Below are positions 1 through 10,120 of a stretch of 39,311 nt of DNA, one piece after another (position 1 is the first letter of the stretch; every line of letters begins with the position of its first letter). This DNA comes from a virus. Below the pieces are notes generated by a model. That model searched no databases. It was not told the DNA's origin and saw only the letters and a program-made list of their open reading frames with translations. The stretch lies in IMG/VR virus record IMGVR_UViG_3300000976_000010, one strand, 5' to 3'. Both the position numbers and the translations under genes were made by a program.

Positions 1-227
1 ATCATTTCTGCCATGATGCTCATGCTCGTCCTCATTTCGGTTAAGGCTATACCATGCTTCTTTAGTTCTTGCGTTTGTTGATTGGATGCTGAATTAATAC
101 TCGCCACCAATGATACATTGGCTTTGGACAGCACATCAGCAAGCATTTCTTCGCGCTGCTGCTTGGTTTGTACGTATTGAATGATGTTGTCCGATAGACT
201 GCTTATGTTAACATCCTGAATTGCCAT
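1..227 (-). CDS. 5' part of a helical protein running off the window edge (possibly a late/structural gene)
   Basis: Read by hand, not in the ORF track: ATG at 227, open to the edge, MAIQDVNISSLSDNIIQYVQTKQQREEMLADVLSKANVSLVASINSASNQQTQELKKHG...; TACATA motif 12 nt upstream. Confidence 0.75.
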   Translation of the reverse strand, partial: MAIQDVNISSLSDNIIQYVQTKQQREEMLADVLSKANVSLVASINSASNQQTQELKKHGIALTEMRTSMSIMAEM

Positions 228-554
228 TCGTTTTTAATTTATGTATCTATTGAGTTAGACCAAAATAATGCAATAAAGTATATTTAAGGTTTATATAGTA
301 ACCACACCTCTAATCATATTATTATTATTTATATAACATCCATTTAAAGCGTCCTTATAAACTTTAATTTAGCAACCAACATCGTTAATTAAAACACCTC
401 TAATCATTTTTTGTAGGATACACTCCTTTATAAGCTAAAATTATGAAACAATATGGTTTATTATGGTTTATTATTATTTTTTAGATGATTATTTTACTTA
501 TTTTTTTAATAAAAAAACCTCACAGAAGCACCATGGATAAAAGGATTAGGCCAA

Positions 555-598
555 TTTACTGTAATAGGATTATTGGTAAAAAATGCTATTACAGTAAA
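555..598. repeat. 13-bp perfect inverted repeat in the AT-rich intergenic region
   Basis: TTTACTGTAATAG (555-567) and CTATTACAGTAAA (586-598), 18-nt spacer. Confidence 0.85.
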
Positions 599-778
599 AA
601 GAGAAAAGGCTTATTTTTTGAAACAATAATGTTTTATTAAATTCATTTGTTTTTATTTTTTAAATATATTTGGGCATCCATTCAGCCACTAATAAGGATT
701 CCTGTATTTGGGTTAATGAAGAATGTTATTTAATCGCACCTTTGGATAATAATTTTATGGATTTTTTTTGTAAAAAAA

Positions 779-810
779 TTTGGTAGGTTCACACTTTCAA
801 CTTATATTGT
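779..810 (+). promoter_or_regulatory. Bacteroidota-type sigma70 promoter variant
   Basis: TTTG-N20-TATATTGT upstream of the LRR gene; the same variant occurs at 30894-30925. Confidence 0.55.
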
Positions 811-837
811 GGTATTGGTAAACAAAAATTGGAAAAA

Positions 838-1635
838 ATGAAATCATTACAGGAATTAAACGATCTTGTGAACTCAGAGGAAAGCGAAAACATAGAACTA
901 GCCTTGATGCTGTGTGAGAGTCAGGACATAATTTTTGAGGGACTTGATAGTGTGCAGAAATATGTTCCTATCATTAGGTGGTTGAACACTCACCTTGACG
1001 GGTATAATGACATTAAAGAAGGATTGGTGAATGCAATCAATCTGTCATGTCTTAACTTGTGCAATGCAAAAATAGATTCACTTCCCGAATCAATAGGAAC
1101 TTTGAAAAATTTAACATTTCTAGATTTATCCTACAGTACATTAACATCACTTCCCGATTCTATTGGAGATCTAAAAAATTTGACATCGCTCATCATATCC
1201 AATAGCAATTTAAAAAATCTCCCCACTTCAATCGGAAGTTTAACCGAACTCTCAAACCTTTGTTTGTTTGACAATAATTTGGAGGCTTTGCCCGATTCTC
1301 TTTTCAATTTAGAACATTTAGAAAGTCTTGATTTATCAAAAAACCGAATCAATAAAATCCCTGATTCAATCATTAAATTGACAAATTTGACAAATTTGTT
1401 ATTAGAGAAAAATCCAATTCAATTTTTGCCTATAAAAATTTCTGAGTTTAAAAATTTACAATGGCTTGGAATATCAAAATATGAATTGTCCGAAATATCG
1501 ACAAGCGGTACGAACGATGGAAAAAATGATTCTAACAACCCACACGAAAACATGATAGACCTATCAGAACCAACGAAATCCACAGCACTGATAAATTTAA
1601 TAGATAGTGGTTTCGTTTATGTAGATTTGAATTGA
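838..1635 (+). CDS. Leucine-rich repeat protein (6-7 repeats of 23 aa) with a helical N-terminal domain
   Basis: LxxLxLxxNxLxxLPxSIGxLxx repeats. ATG 838 is preferred over TTG 829 because it aligns with the paralogue at 11056. Confidence 0.93.
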   Translation: MKSLQELNDLVNSEESENIELALMLCESQDIIFEGLDSVQKYVPIIRWLNTHLDGYNDIKEGLVNAINLSCLNLCNAKIDSLPESIGTLKNLTFLDLSYSTLTSLPDSIGDLKNLTSLIISNSNLKNLPTSIGSLTELSNLCLFDNNLEALPDSLFNLEHLESLDLSKNRINKIPDSIIKLTNLTNLLLEKNPIQFLPIKISEFKNLQWLGISKYELSEISTSGTNDGKNDSNNPHENMIDLSEPTKSTALINLIDSGFVYVDLN

Positions 1636-1736
1636 TTGCAATAATTAACTAAGACAGGTAATGGGGATTAACCCACAACCAACGCATGAGTAGAATAAAC
1701 AAAATTGTAGGACTTTTTTCGATAAAAATAAAAATA

Positions 1737-1928
1737 ATGACTAAAAAAATAGAAGAGTTGGGAACAATAGCTAAGATAGACGAAAGTGTGGAGTTATCCA
1801 TCCAACAACAAGAAGGTGATGTAGTATCAAAACAACGCTTTAATGGTGTTGGTATTTTGAACTATGTTGACTTAGAACCTAATGAAATGTATAGATTTAT
1901 TTCCCAATTTGATAGCGGATTTAGATAG
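1737..1928 (+). CDS. hypothetical protein
   Basis: ORF track 1686..1928; the A-rich leader favours ATG 1737 (MTKKIEELG). Confidence 0.55.
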   Translation: MTKKIEELGTIAKIDESVELSIQQQEGDVVSKQRFNGVGILNYVDLEPNEMYRFISQFDSGFR

Positions 1929-2186
1929 TTAATGATATATTTAGTTATCAGTTAAACTTCTAAACCTATCAGACCCAACAACAAAAAGAAGCCATAGCCA
2001 AATTAAGGAATAGAGGCGTTAAGTTATAATTAGGCTAGTCGCCAAATCCTCAAGATAAAGCTAGTCCATACAAAATAATTCAATTTAAAAAGTATGGTTT
2101 TGCGCGTTATTATTTTTACCTTCGCTACAATGTAAATTAATTCAGATACTAGGCTGAATAGACCCATAAAAAATCATTAACACTAC

Positions 2187-5100
2187 ATGGACGCATTTTG
2201 GATGTTATCAAAAAGACTTTTCTTTAATAGGGATACCAATGATATTGATGTATCTCTATTGGAAGATAGTTTATTGAATGGTAAGTCCATGCTATTTCAA
2301 AAAATGAAGGTTGATGTAATAGAAAAAAACAATAGCGTAGAATTTGTCCAATCAAAGTATAGTGTACGCCTACAGTCTTTTGGCGCGAAGGATTCTATAC
2401 TTTATACCATTGCCTTTTTGAAGTGTTATAGATATTCTGAAATTGATAAGAGTTATTATAAGTCCGCAAAAAAAAGAGGCTCAATCGAAGAAAAGAAAAT
2501 AGTCGCTTTTATGGAAGAAATAGGATTTAATAAACCCCTATTTTCCGAAAATACAAAAATACCATACGAGTTATCGGGCTTGGAATTACAATACGCTATA
2601 GATGAAAACATAGAAGCGGAAAACATTTTACTTGGTGTATTTTATTCCTTACATAAAAAGCTTTCGGGTGAAGAGGGGTTAAAATTCGCTAATGAACATG
2701 ATATAGGAATTCAAACACTTCTAGATGTCACAAATCCTAGATACGGACTATCAAATTTAATAAATAGTACATCAAAAAACGCACGTAGTTCAACAAAAAG
2801 GGCACTAGATAATAACATCAAAACGGGTAGTTGTGAGTTCCTTTCACTCTTGGAACTCATACTGCTGACAGATTCTTATAATAGCAAGTACAACTTTGCC
2901 AATATGGCACACACAAAAACACTTTCAAAGTTCCTATCCAAGAAAATAGAGCTTGAAAGCGCAAGTTCTATTGAGTCTTTTTTTGGTACTCGCTACTCCT
3001 TAGTTCTTAATCTTTTTAGCAAGGACAACAGAAAGTATTGGTCTAATCCCTTCCCTTTGTTTGGAAAGTATTTCACCTACTCGAACGCTTCTAGTATAAC
3101 AGACAAAAAGTTTGAAATACACACAAACGAATCAAAATATAAAGGCTATTGGGAGCGTGCTTGTGGAATGGTGGATGGTTATAAAAGTAAGAAGGATGGG
3201 AGTGCTAAATACCGCGTTGGTGAGTTATTGGAAGCATTCGTTAATATAGCTCTTCCAAAAAGCGCAGACACTCCTAAAAAGAAGAGAAAGGTCTTTTCGA
3301 TAATGAAAGATGTTTTTAAATTTGTAGAACCATATATAACAGATTCAAAATTTTTGAAATCTGAAAAAATATCATATATATATCAAACACACTCCCCTGT
3401 TCGCCCGAATACAAATTTTGGAATTGGTGCTGAGATGTGCAACGGTCTTATTTTTTTGGATCTTGACTTAAAATACACAAAGGGGCTTGGTGATGTAATT
3501 GATCGTGTTGGCGATAGCGAATTAGTTAAAAAAACATTTGCCTCACGAGTTCTTGAATATATACACGATAGGCTATCTAGTAGCTACTGTGAACCTTATT
3601 TACTCTCCAAATTGTCCGTTTCCGAGACAGGTGCTCACGTTTTTTTTAAATACTTACAACCTTTAGCCATGAACAAAGAAGATGGTGGGGGAATATTGCC
3701 AAGATACACCAATAAAGATGTTGATTCAATCCAAATTTTACAAGAGTTGGGATATGCTCATGCTTTCAGCTTGGTTATGGAAATTCTAAAGGAGGTCGAG
3801 CTGAAAGATTTTTTTGGAGAAACATTTAAAATTCCCGAAGAATCGCTTGGGGGCTTAGTTAAAAAGGGGGGTGGGGATACTATTTTGGATGGGTCTATGC
3901 GAAAGATAGAGCAGGGCTTGGCACTACTGTACTCTGATAGTATAAGGGTCAATAAGCACCACAAGCAGTTTTTTGTTTTATCTGCCATACCCACATGCTA
4001 TGTTACCAAAAACGTTGTAAAAAATAGAGGGGCGTTGAATACTAGGAAGAGCAACAATGAAGCTAGGTTAAGAGAAAATTTTGATAATTATAAATATATT
4101 TTAACGGGTTCGGAGCAATTAATTTACACTGTAGAAACGTCTGATGGTAATGATTTAAAAATGACATCAGATCAAATACGCTCACAAAGAAAGCTAGGGA
4201 AGCGCATCAATGCCTCTATTAAAAAGAATAGAGGTGAATTTAACCAAAAGGTGTACGATAAAGTAGACTTCAACTTATTTAAAGTAAATATTAAAAAATT
4301 GAAACCCATTGATTATGATAAATGGGATGTTTGGGGCAAGGATGATTTTAGATACCATATAAAAAGAATGAAAGTTTCTACCTTTCTAAAGGGTCTTATC
4401 CATTCCGAATTTGGGATAAGCTGTCAACCAATTCCCACTCAAGAAGATATTGAAATACTATCAAGAATGGGTGATGATCCGTTTAAATTATTTAGTGAAA
4501 TACGCCTAGCCTTCCTAGAAATAATTTACATACTGTGTTCAGTAAAACCAAAAAAAACAAATGCTCTATCACATGAATGGGAGGAGCATCTTTTTTATGG
4601 AACGGAATGTCCTTGGAATAACACATATTTGACAAACTCTTCTCTTTCTAAAAGTGGGATTGAAATGTTTAGTGCTAGTGGTCTTTATATGAAAAAGAAA
4701 GAGTCCTCCATAACAAAACGAGGACTGCCTAACATTAAAAAGAGCTACTACAAGGAAATGTTAGAATCTGACGAAAGGGTAGAAAAGGTCGGGAATTTGG
4801 TCAAGGATTTGCTTTCTATAGAATCTGACAAAGTTGTAAGTGATAGCGATTTTAAGTATTCCGATTACAAAACCTCTATCAAGTTTTTAAGTGATAAAAA
4901 TCCATTGAATATGGATGTAGAGATTAAAGCAGAAGATGTTGAAGGTGGCTATTTTATGTCTAATTACTCAAAACTGTTCGATGAATTTTTTGATGAGAGA
5001 TGTTTTAATTATATAAATTCTAGAGCAGGATCAGGTAAAACAACTTACTTTACAGAGTTGGCAACAAAGCAAAAAAAACGTGTTTTACTAGTAATGCCTT

Positions 5101-7457
5101 ATACTGCACCGATGGATAGTAAGTTTGGCGATGAAGCTCAGATTAGAGAAATAGCCAAAATAAATAACAATCAAGAAATAAGCCCAAAAAAGAGAGAGGA
5201 GCAGATAGCAGCAACAAAGGCATTCAGGGCTTTTTCGGGTTCCAAGCAAAATAAGGAGATGATGGAAGCACTTAAACTAGGTATTTCTTCGGTAATAACA
5301 TTTGATAAATTTAGCAGAATGGATTCCGAGCTATTACTTAATTATGATTATGTGGCTATAGATGAGATACATATTTTAGCTACCGAGAGTATAAGAAGTA
5401 CTGATTCCGACTCTGTTTGTACAATGGCCTTGAAGAAGATACGAGAGATGTTAGAATATAAAAAGGATAACCCTTATGAACATATCCCATACATGATAGG
5501 TATGACGGGTACACATACATACACGGTTAATTTATTCAGAATGTGTGAGTTGGATGTTAGAGGTGGGAAGGATAAAATGGGTGTTAGGAACATAAAGCTA
5601 ACAATCCCACACAAATCAAGAAAAAATCTAAAGATAGAACTCACAACGACAAGTAAGGAATGTAAGGTTCTTTTATGTAAAAGGATTGCAGAAAGCGTAA
5701 TAGAAAAAAAGACCGTTATATGCCCCACCGATGAGGGTTCTTTTCGAGCGGAAGAGATCATAAAGGGAGTTAACGCACATCTTATAATGAAAAATGAGGA
5801 TTTAATAGAAGTTGATGAGTGGCACTATTACAAAAGAGCCACCAAAGAAAGCCGAACATCTAAGATAATTAATGGGCAGTCAATAATTCCAAAAAAAATA
5901 AAAGTTCTTTTTTGTAGCGTCTATCTTTCTGTTGGTGTTGATATTAAAAACATATCAGAGGAAAAGGATATAGTAGTGTTATCTACCTTTGCTAAATACA
6001 CTGCACAAACACTAGAGCAGTTCGGGAACCGATTGAGAAAACAAAATATTGATACACACCTGATACGCCCTTTATATAATTCCAATGAAAAGCAGGGCAA
6101 GCTCTATTATGAATTAAAGCCCGAATACAACAACAGCCTTGATTATAGATTTTTGAAAGGGACGCACAAAGCTGTTGATGGGGAAATGAAAAGCAGGATA
6201 GACGATGATAAATGTGTGGCTTATTTTAACCACTATATATCTTTAAACGATGATAAAATATCAGAATCGCAAAAAGTCTCTCTTTGGGCTGACCTTAGTA
6301 AACGTTTCACCTTTTCATACGAGGATTATATAGGTGAAATAAAGACTATTCAGGACAATTTGATGATACTTAGGTATGTGGCAGAAGCACAGTATAATAA
6401 ACTAGGTACAAATATAAGATATATTGTTAATATGTTTAGAAAGCACTATAACTATAATGAGGTTGTTGTGGATTTTGTGAAAGTTGATGAGTGGTATATA
6501 TCGGATGCAATTGAAGAAAGCAGAAACGAGAATTCCGATGAAAGAAAGAAGTTTTCCGTAGATGTTACTAAAAATATTTTTGCCTTCATTAATAACAACA
6601 AGCCGAAAGACATAGAGAAGTTCATAAGCTCACACCAAATAGAAACAATTCATAGTGATGAGCATAAGATAACATTAGAAACTGAAAAGCCTGTAAGGCT
6701 TCTTATTGAATACCCCGAAAAACATCACAAACGATTGCGGAGTATAACAGGCAAACTTATGCCCATCGCAAAGCAATACGCGTATAGCCCTCAAAACTTT
6801 AATGTATTAGTGGACATGTGCTTGAATGAGAAATCAGATGGCCTTGTTATAGCAGAATTGGAGAGGTTTAGTAATTTAATAGAATTTAAAAACTATGACA
6901 TCCAAGACACCTATATTATGATTGTACAAAAACTTGAAAGGATGGTTAGAGCTAAACGAGGGAATAGAATGAGCAAGCATATAGAAATAATTGAAAAATC
7001 GGAGTCTAGAATTAAGCGTGAGTTACAGAAAGCCGTCAGTCAAAAAATAGGCGTTAATGGGATCGGATCTACAGGCTCTAGTATAGCGGTTGCGGAAAAG
7101 GTAAGGGCTGAAATGAAAGCTGCGTACAACGCTCTCGTAAAAATTAACTATACGCTAACAGAAGACATGTACACCAATTTTAAAAACACAACTTATAGCA
7201 TTGCTATATCTGAGATGATGAACAACAAGGTGCGAGGTCTGAGCGTGACATCAAATTATAATGATTCTAGGCTTAAGAAGCGCGTGGAGGAGAACTTAAA
7301 AACATTTTTTATGGTGAAAACGAACCCACACACCAAGGATAGAGAGATTAGCTTGAGAATACTACCAAGCGACTTCAAGAAGGTTATGGAGGGTGTGGTA
7401 AAAACACACGGGAATAAAGACATGAAATTTAATGAGTTTGAATTGCATATTATGTAG
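2187..7457 (+). CDS. AEP-type primase (BT4734/VirE-N-like) fused to an SF2 DExH helicase (origin-binding-protein-like), 1756 aa
   Basis: AEP motifs LIFLDLD, SVSETGAHVF, ILDGSM...YSDSIRVN. SF2 motifs SRAGSGKT, VLLVMPY, ITFDKF, VAIDEIH, GMTGT, LSVGVDI, EQFGNRLR. Confidence 0.85.
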   Translation: MDAFWMLSKRLFFNRDTNDIDVSLLEDSLLNGKSMLFQKMKVDVIEKNNSVEFVQSKYSVRLQSFGAKDSILYTIAFLKCYRYSEIDKSYYKSAKKRGSIEEKKIVAFMEEIGFNKPLFSENTKIPYELSGLELQYAIDENIEAENILLGVFYSLHKKLSGEEGLKFANEHDIGIQTLLDVTNPRYGLSNLINSTSKNARSSTKRALDNNIKTGSCEFLSLLELILLTDSYNSKYNFANMAHTKTLSKFLSKKIELESASSIESFFGTRYSLVLNLFSKDNRKYWSNPFPLFGKYFTYSNASSITDKKFEIHTNESKYKGYWERACGMVDGYKSKKDGSAKYRVGELLEAFVNIALPKSADTPKKKRKVFSIMKDVFKFVEPYITDSKFLKSEKISYIYQTHSPVRPNTNFGIGAEMCNGLIFLDLDLKYTKGLGDVIDRVGDSELVKKTFASRVLEYIHDRLSSSYCEPYLLSKLSVSETGAHVFFKYLQPLAMNKEDGGGILPRYTNKDVDSIQILQELGYAHAFSLVMEILKEVELKDFFGETFKIPEESLGGLVKKGGGDTILDGSMRKIEQGLALLYSDSIRVNKHHKQFFVLSAIPTCYVTKNVVKNRGALNTRKSNNEARLRENFDNYKYILTGSEQLIYTVETSDGNDLKMTSDQIRSQRKLGKRINASIKKNRGEFNQKVYDKVDFNLFKVNIKKLKPIDYDKWDVWGKDDFRYHIKRMKVSTFLKGLIHSEFGISCQPIPTQEDIEILSRMGDDPFKLFSEIRLAFLEIIYILCSVKPKKTNALSHEWEEHLFYGTECPWNNTYLTNSSLSKSGIEMFSASGLYMKKKESSITKRGLPNIKKSYYKEMLESDERVEKVGNLVKDLLSIESDKVVSDSDFKYSDYKTSIKFLSDKNPLNMDVEIKAEDVEGGYFMSNYSKLFDEFFDERCFNYINSRAGSGKTTYFTELATKQKKRVLLVMPYTAPMDSKFGDEAQIREIAKINNNQEISPKKREEQIAATKAFRAFSGSKQNKEMMEALKLGISSVITFDKFSRMDSELLLNYDYVAIDEIHILATESIRSTDSDSVCTMALKKIREMLEYKKDNPYEHIPYMIGMTGTHTYTVNLFRMCELDVRGGKDKMGVRNIKLTIPHKSRKNLKIELTTTSKECKVLLCKRIAESVIEKKTVICPTDEGSFRAEEIIKGVNAHLIMKNEDLIEVDEWHYYKRATKESRTSKIINGQSIIPKKIKVLFCSVYLSVGVDIKNISEEKDIVVLSTFAKYTAQTLEQFGNRLRKQNIDTHLIRPLYNSNEKQGKLYYELKPEYNNSLDYRFLKGTHKAVDGEMKSRIDDDKCVAYFNHYISLNDDKISESQKVSLWADLSKRFTFSYEDYIGEIKTIQDNLMILRYVAEAQYNKLGTNIRYIVNMFRKHYNYNEVVVDFVKVDEWYISDAIEESRNENSDERKKFSVDVTKNIFAFINNNKPKDIEKFISSHQIETIHSDEHKITLETEKPVRLLIEYPEKHHKRLRSITGKLMPIAKQYAYSPQNFNVLVDMCLNEKSDGLVIAELERFSNLIEFKNYDIQDTYIMIVQKLERMVRAKRGNRMSKHIEIIEKSESRIKRELQKAVSQKIGVNGIGSTGSSIAVAEKVRAEMKAAYNALVKINYTLTEDMYTNFKNTTYSIAISEMMNNKVRGLSVTSNYNDSRLKKRVEENLKTFFMVKTNPHTKDREISLRILPSDFKKVMEGVVKTHGNKDMKFNEFELHIM

Positions 7458-7535
7458 CGACGTAACAAATAGCAATTTTAACCGTTATTTAAAAACTTTC
7501 AATTAAATAAATCTTTTCAATTAAACTAAAAAAAA

Positions 7536-7721
7536 ATGACAAGAGAGCTAGTCCTAAATTTTGGACAAGAAGAAAATGTGATATTTAGAATTAAACCATT
7601 AGATGAGGCTGTGTGTTTAACAATAACAGACAGCACCAAGAAGAGGAAATCAGAGATAAATTTTGATCTTACAAAAACGGAATTAGAAGAGCTTATCATG
7701 GAACTGAAAGATTTTTTATAA
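7536..7721 (+). CDS. hypothetical protein
   Basis: 61-aa ORF with an A-rich leader, same strand as its neighbours. Confidence 0.7.
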   Translation: MTRELVLNFGQEENVIFRIKPLDEAVCLTITDSTKKRKSEINFDLTKTELEELIMELKDFL

Positions 7722-7791
7722 ATTTATAAATAGGCTTACTCTCAGTTATTTATATTTCAATAGTGTGTATCGCTATTGATTTATGTAGCAA

Positions 7792-7837
7792 AAAAAACAC
7801 GTACTTATAATAGTTACGTGTTTTTTATTTTTTTTTT
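7792..7837 (+). terminator. Intrinsic terminator-like hairpin (possibly bidirectional)
   Basis: AAAAAACACGTA (7792-7803) / TACGTGTTTTTT (7815-7826), followed by a long T tract. Confidence 0.7.
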
Positions 7838-7844
7838 AAATTAC

Positions 7845-7875
7845 TTTGCCATCTCGATTAATAGTTGTATATTAG
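7845..7875 (+). promoter_or_regulatory. Bacteroidota-type promoter
   Basis: TTTG-N19-TATATTAG. Confidence 0.6.
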
Positions 7876-7904
7876 AGCTATTATAAACTAAAAAATAGAA
7901 TAAA

Positions 7905-8399
7905 ATGAAAGATTATTATATTGTAAGTAACGGAGATGTTATAGTATCCAAGGAATCGGAAGTGGAGAGTTTCTTTAAAACTGCTTATTCGAGCGATTTT
8001 AAATATTACCCTTTAAGGTGGTCACACTTTGATGGTGGATTTGTTAAAGTATTTGGGGCATTAGCGCATAGTAGATGTTGGGCTGAAATGGATTTTAAAG
8101 AGGATGGAACACTTTACCAAAAATATAGAAATTGGCTAAATAAAAATTTTTACGATGACACTAAATGGGATATACTTGATCGCGAACTAGGTGACAGCTT
8201 TGAAAATTCTTATGATATATTATATTTATCCACACTATGTGGCGGAAATAACGTTAATTACAAATACATAAAACCGCACATAATACCACATACACTCTTA
8301 TCCAAACTTCATAATAACTATTCTTCTGAGACCGTAGAAAATTTCATCTCGGGTCTTAAGGAATCGGGGTGTTTTAGAATTAATAGAGATTCGGTATAA
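7905..8399 (+). CDS. hypothetical protein
   Basis: 164-aa ORF behind its own promoter. Confidence 0.8.
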   Translation: MKDYYIVSNGDVIVSKESEVESFFKTAYSSDFKYYPLRWSHFDGGFVKVFGALAHSRCWAEMDFKEDGTLYQKYRNWLNKNFYDDTKWDILDRELGDSFENSYDILYLSTLCGGNNVNYKYIKPHIIPHTLLSKLHNNYSSETVENFISGLKESGCFRINRDSV

Positions 8400-8413
8400 A
8401 AAGGGATTCTTTA

Positions 8414-8445
8414 TTTGTAAAAGTCTTTAGTATTCTGTATATTTG
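8414..8445 (+). promoter_or_regulatory. Consensus Bacteroidota sigma70 promoter
   Basis: TTTG-N20-TATATTTG matches the -33/-7 consensus TTTG...TAnnTTTG. Confidence 0.8.
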
Positions 8446-8476
8446 AGATATTACTAACATAAACAAAACCAAGAAT

Positions 8477-9280
8477 ATGGAAAATATATCAATAGAAAAA
8501 TCAAGCAACAAAGCCTATTTAAAAAAACTATCCGAAACTGCGGCTAATTATCATTTTTGTGAAGGAGAGATGTTAAAATATCAAAAGGAAGGGAGTAACA
8601 TGAAAACATTTGATATTTCATACATCAAAATGGGGGCGATGGCTAAGGAACAGTTTAATCTTTATGTTAAAATGATGTCGAAAATGCCCAATCTTCAAGA
8701 ATCAGAAAGCATTAGAGAATACATTAAACATGCCGATAAAACTCCGTGCATGTTTGGAAAAGAGCTAGAGGAAAGGATTTCACAGGGGAGATTTGGAACA
8801 GTCAGTGATTTTGAAAATTCGTGGAATTGTATTAGTGTTATCGGTTCTTGGTTGACAGAGAACTTTGAGGAGTGGTTGGGCATTTTCGGGGGATTTGAAA
8901 ATCTTAAGGAATTGACTGTCTTGGATTTGTCAATGTTTAATGATAGCCAAATTCCTGATAATTTAGAGCTTCTACAAAAATTGGAGTTTTTGGATCTAGG
9001 AAATAAAAATATAACAAAATTGCCCCATAGTGTTTTAGAGCTTTCTTCCCTAACCACACTATTTATTGAAGATTCGGGTATATCATCACTACCTGACACC
9101 TTGGATAAGCTCACCAATCTTGAATTTATCTCACTTCACTGTAGCGAAATAAATAGCCTGCCAAAATCCATTCTTAACTTAGAAAAATTGGAAACGGTTA
9201 TTTTACAAGAAACAAATATTGATGAAGACAATAGCATAGTTCTAAGTTTACTATCAAAGGGTGTTGATGTTGTCTTTTAG
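8477..9280 (+). CDS. Leucine-rich repeat protein (about 5 C-terminal 23-aa LRRs) with an unrelated N-terminal domain
   Basis: LKELTVLDLS, LEFLDLGNKNITKLP, LTTLFIEDSGISSLP, LEFISLHCSEINSLP, LETVILQET. Confidence 0.9.
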   Translation: MENISIEKSSNKAYLKKLSETAANYHFCEGEMLKYQKEGSNMKTFDISYIKMGAMAKEQFNLYVKMMSKMPNLQESESIREYIKHADKTPCMFGKELEERISQGRFGTVSDFENSWNCISVIGSWLTENFEEWLGIFGGFENLKELTVLDLSMFNDSQIPDNLELLQKLEFLDLGNKNITKLPHSVLELSSLTTLFIEDSGISSLPDTLDKLTNLEFISLHCSEINSLPKSILNLEKLETVILQETNIDEDNSIVLSLLSKGVDVVF

Positions 9281-9337
9281 AAAATTGGGGGTATAGCCCA
9301 ATGTGCATAATTTATGTTTATTACGAGCTAGGGGCTA

Positions 9338-9937
9338 TCATTTAATGATAGTCACTAGCTCTTTTTTTAAGTCTGCAAGCATGGCGTTCAATTCTTTATG
9401 TTTTTCAATATTCCATGTTATATTCCAATTGGACACATACTCCTGCAAACTTTCGAGTCCTAGTAAAGCCCTTCTTTCGTCAACATTTTTCGGGTCTTCT
9501 AGTGGTGCAACATAATACTCACCCGTTTCTACACTTTTTAAAATTTGACTACCATAAATCTGTCTTTTATTAGTCCTTAAAGCGACTCTATCTTCTAATA
9601 ATACCAATTCACTTGCTTGAGCATTATTATTCATAACTGCGTCTCGCATCATTGGTAAATATCTTTGCTGAATTTCAATTGGTGAATGTTGGATAACCAA
9701 AAATAGCGTCAAATTCCCCTTGGTTCCTATCTTGTCTTGTCCTAGCCAACCTCTTGTATCAAGAATGTTCTGTACTATTTTAAGATTTTCTGAGTCTTGC
9801 TTGTGTATACAATTCCAATGTTTTTTCATTTCTTCCGATCCTGCTCCGTGCTTTTCTTCTAAAATGGCTATTTGCTTTCTTAAGCCTTGGTCTGACTGAT
9901 ATATTGTATCAAGTGTTGAAATTAGGAGATTGTTCAT
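9338..9937 (-). CDS. DUF6624-family protein (Bacteroidota type)
   Basis: LDTIYQSDQGLR, ILDTRGWLG, LFLVIQHS, LLEDRVALR, QIYGSQ, DPKNVDERR match the family as recalled. Confidence 0.8.
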   Translation of the reverse strand: MNNLLISTLDTIYQSDQGLRKQIAILEEKHGAGSEEMKKHWNCIHKQDSENLKIVQNILDTRGWLGQDKIGTKGNLTLFLVIQHSPIEIQQRYLPMMRDAVMNNNAQASELVLLEDRVALRTNKRQIYGSQILKSVETGEYYVAPLEDPKNVDERRALLGLESLQEYVSNWNITWNIEKHKELNAMLADLKKELVTIIK

Positions 9938-10050
9938 TAATCTTTTGGTTTATTACACTAAAAAAAACCCTTAATAACTACCTCTAAATCGTGGTTTTGT
10001 TAGACTTAAAATTAATTATTCTAGTTTATTTAAAAAAAGTGATAAATAAT

Positions 10051-10081
10051 TTTGCAGGGCTTTATATTTTAATTACCTTTA
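10051..10081 (+). promoter_or_regulatory. Bacteroidota-type promoter
   Basis: TTTG-N19-TACCTTTA. Confidence 0.65.
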
Positions 10082-10120
10082 TAGTAACAACAATTACTAA
10101 AACACTTAAACACAAAAATT

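Noticed and set aside
1675-1860. Further attC-like half-sites on the + strand (CCAAC-GCATGAGTAG; TTTAATGGT-GTTGG), and a similar one at about 27070 on the minus strand
   Set aside because: Weak matches without complementary partners; they need a trained model before being accepted.
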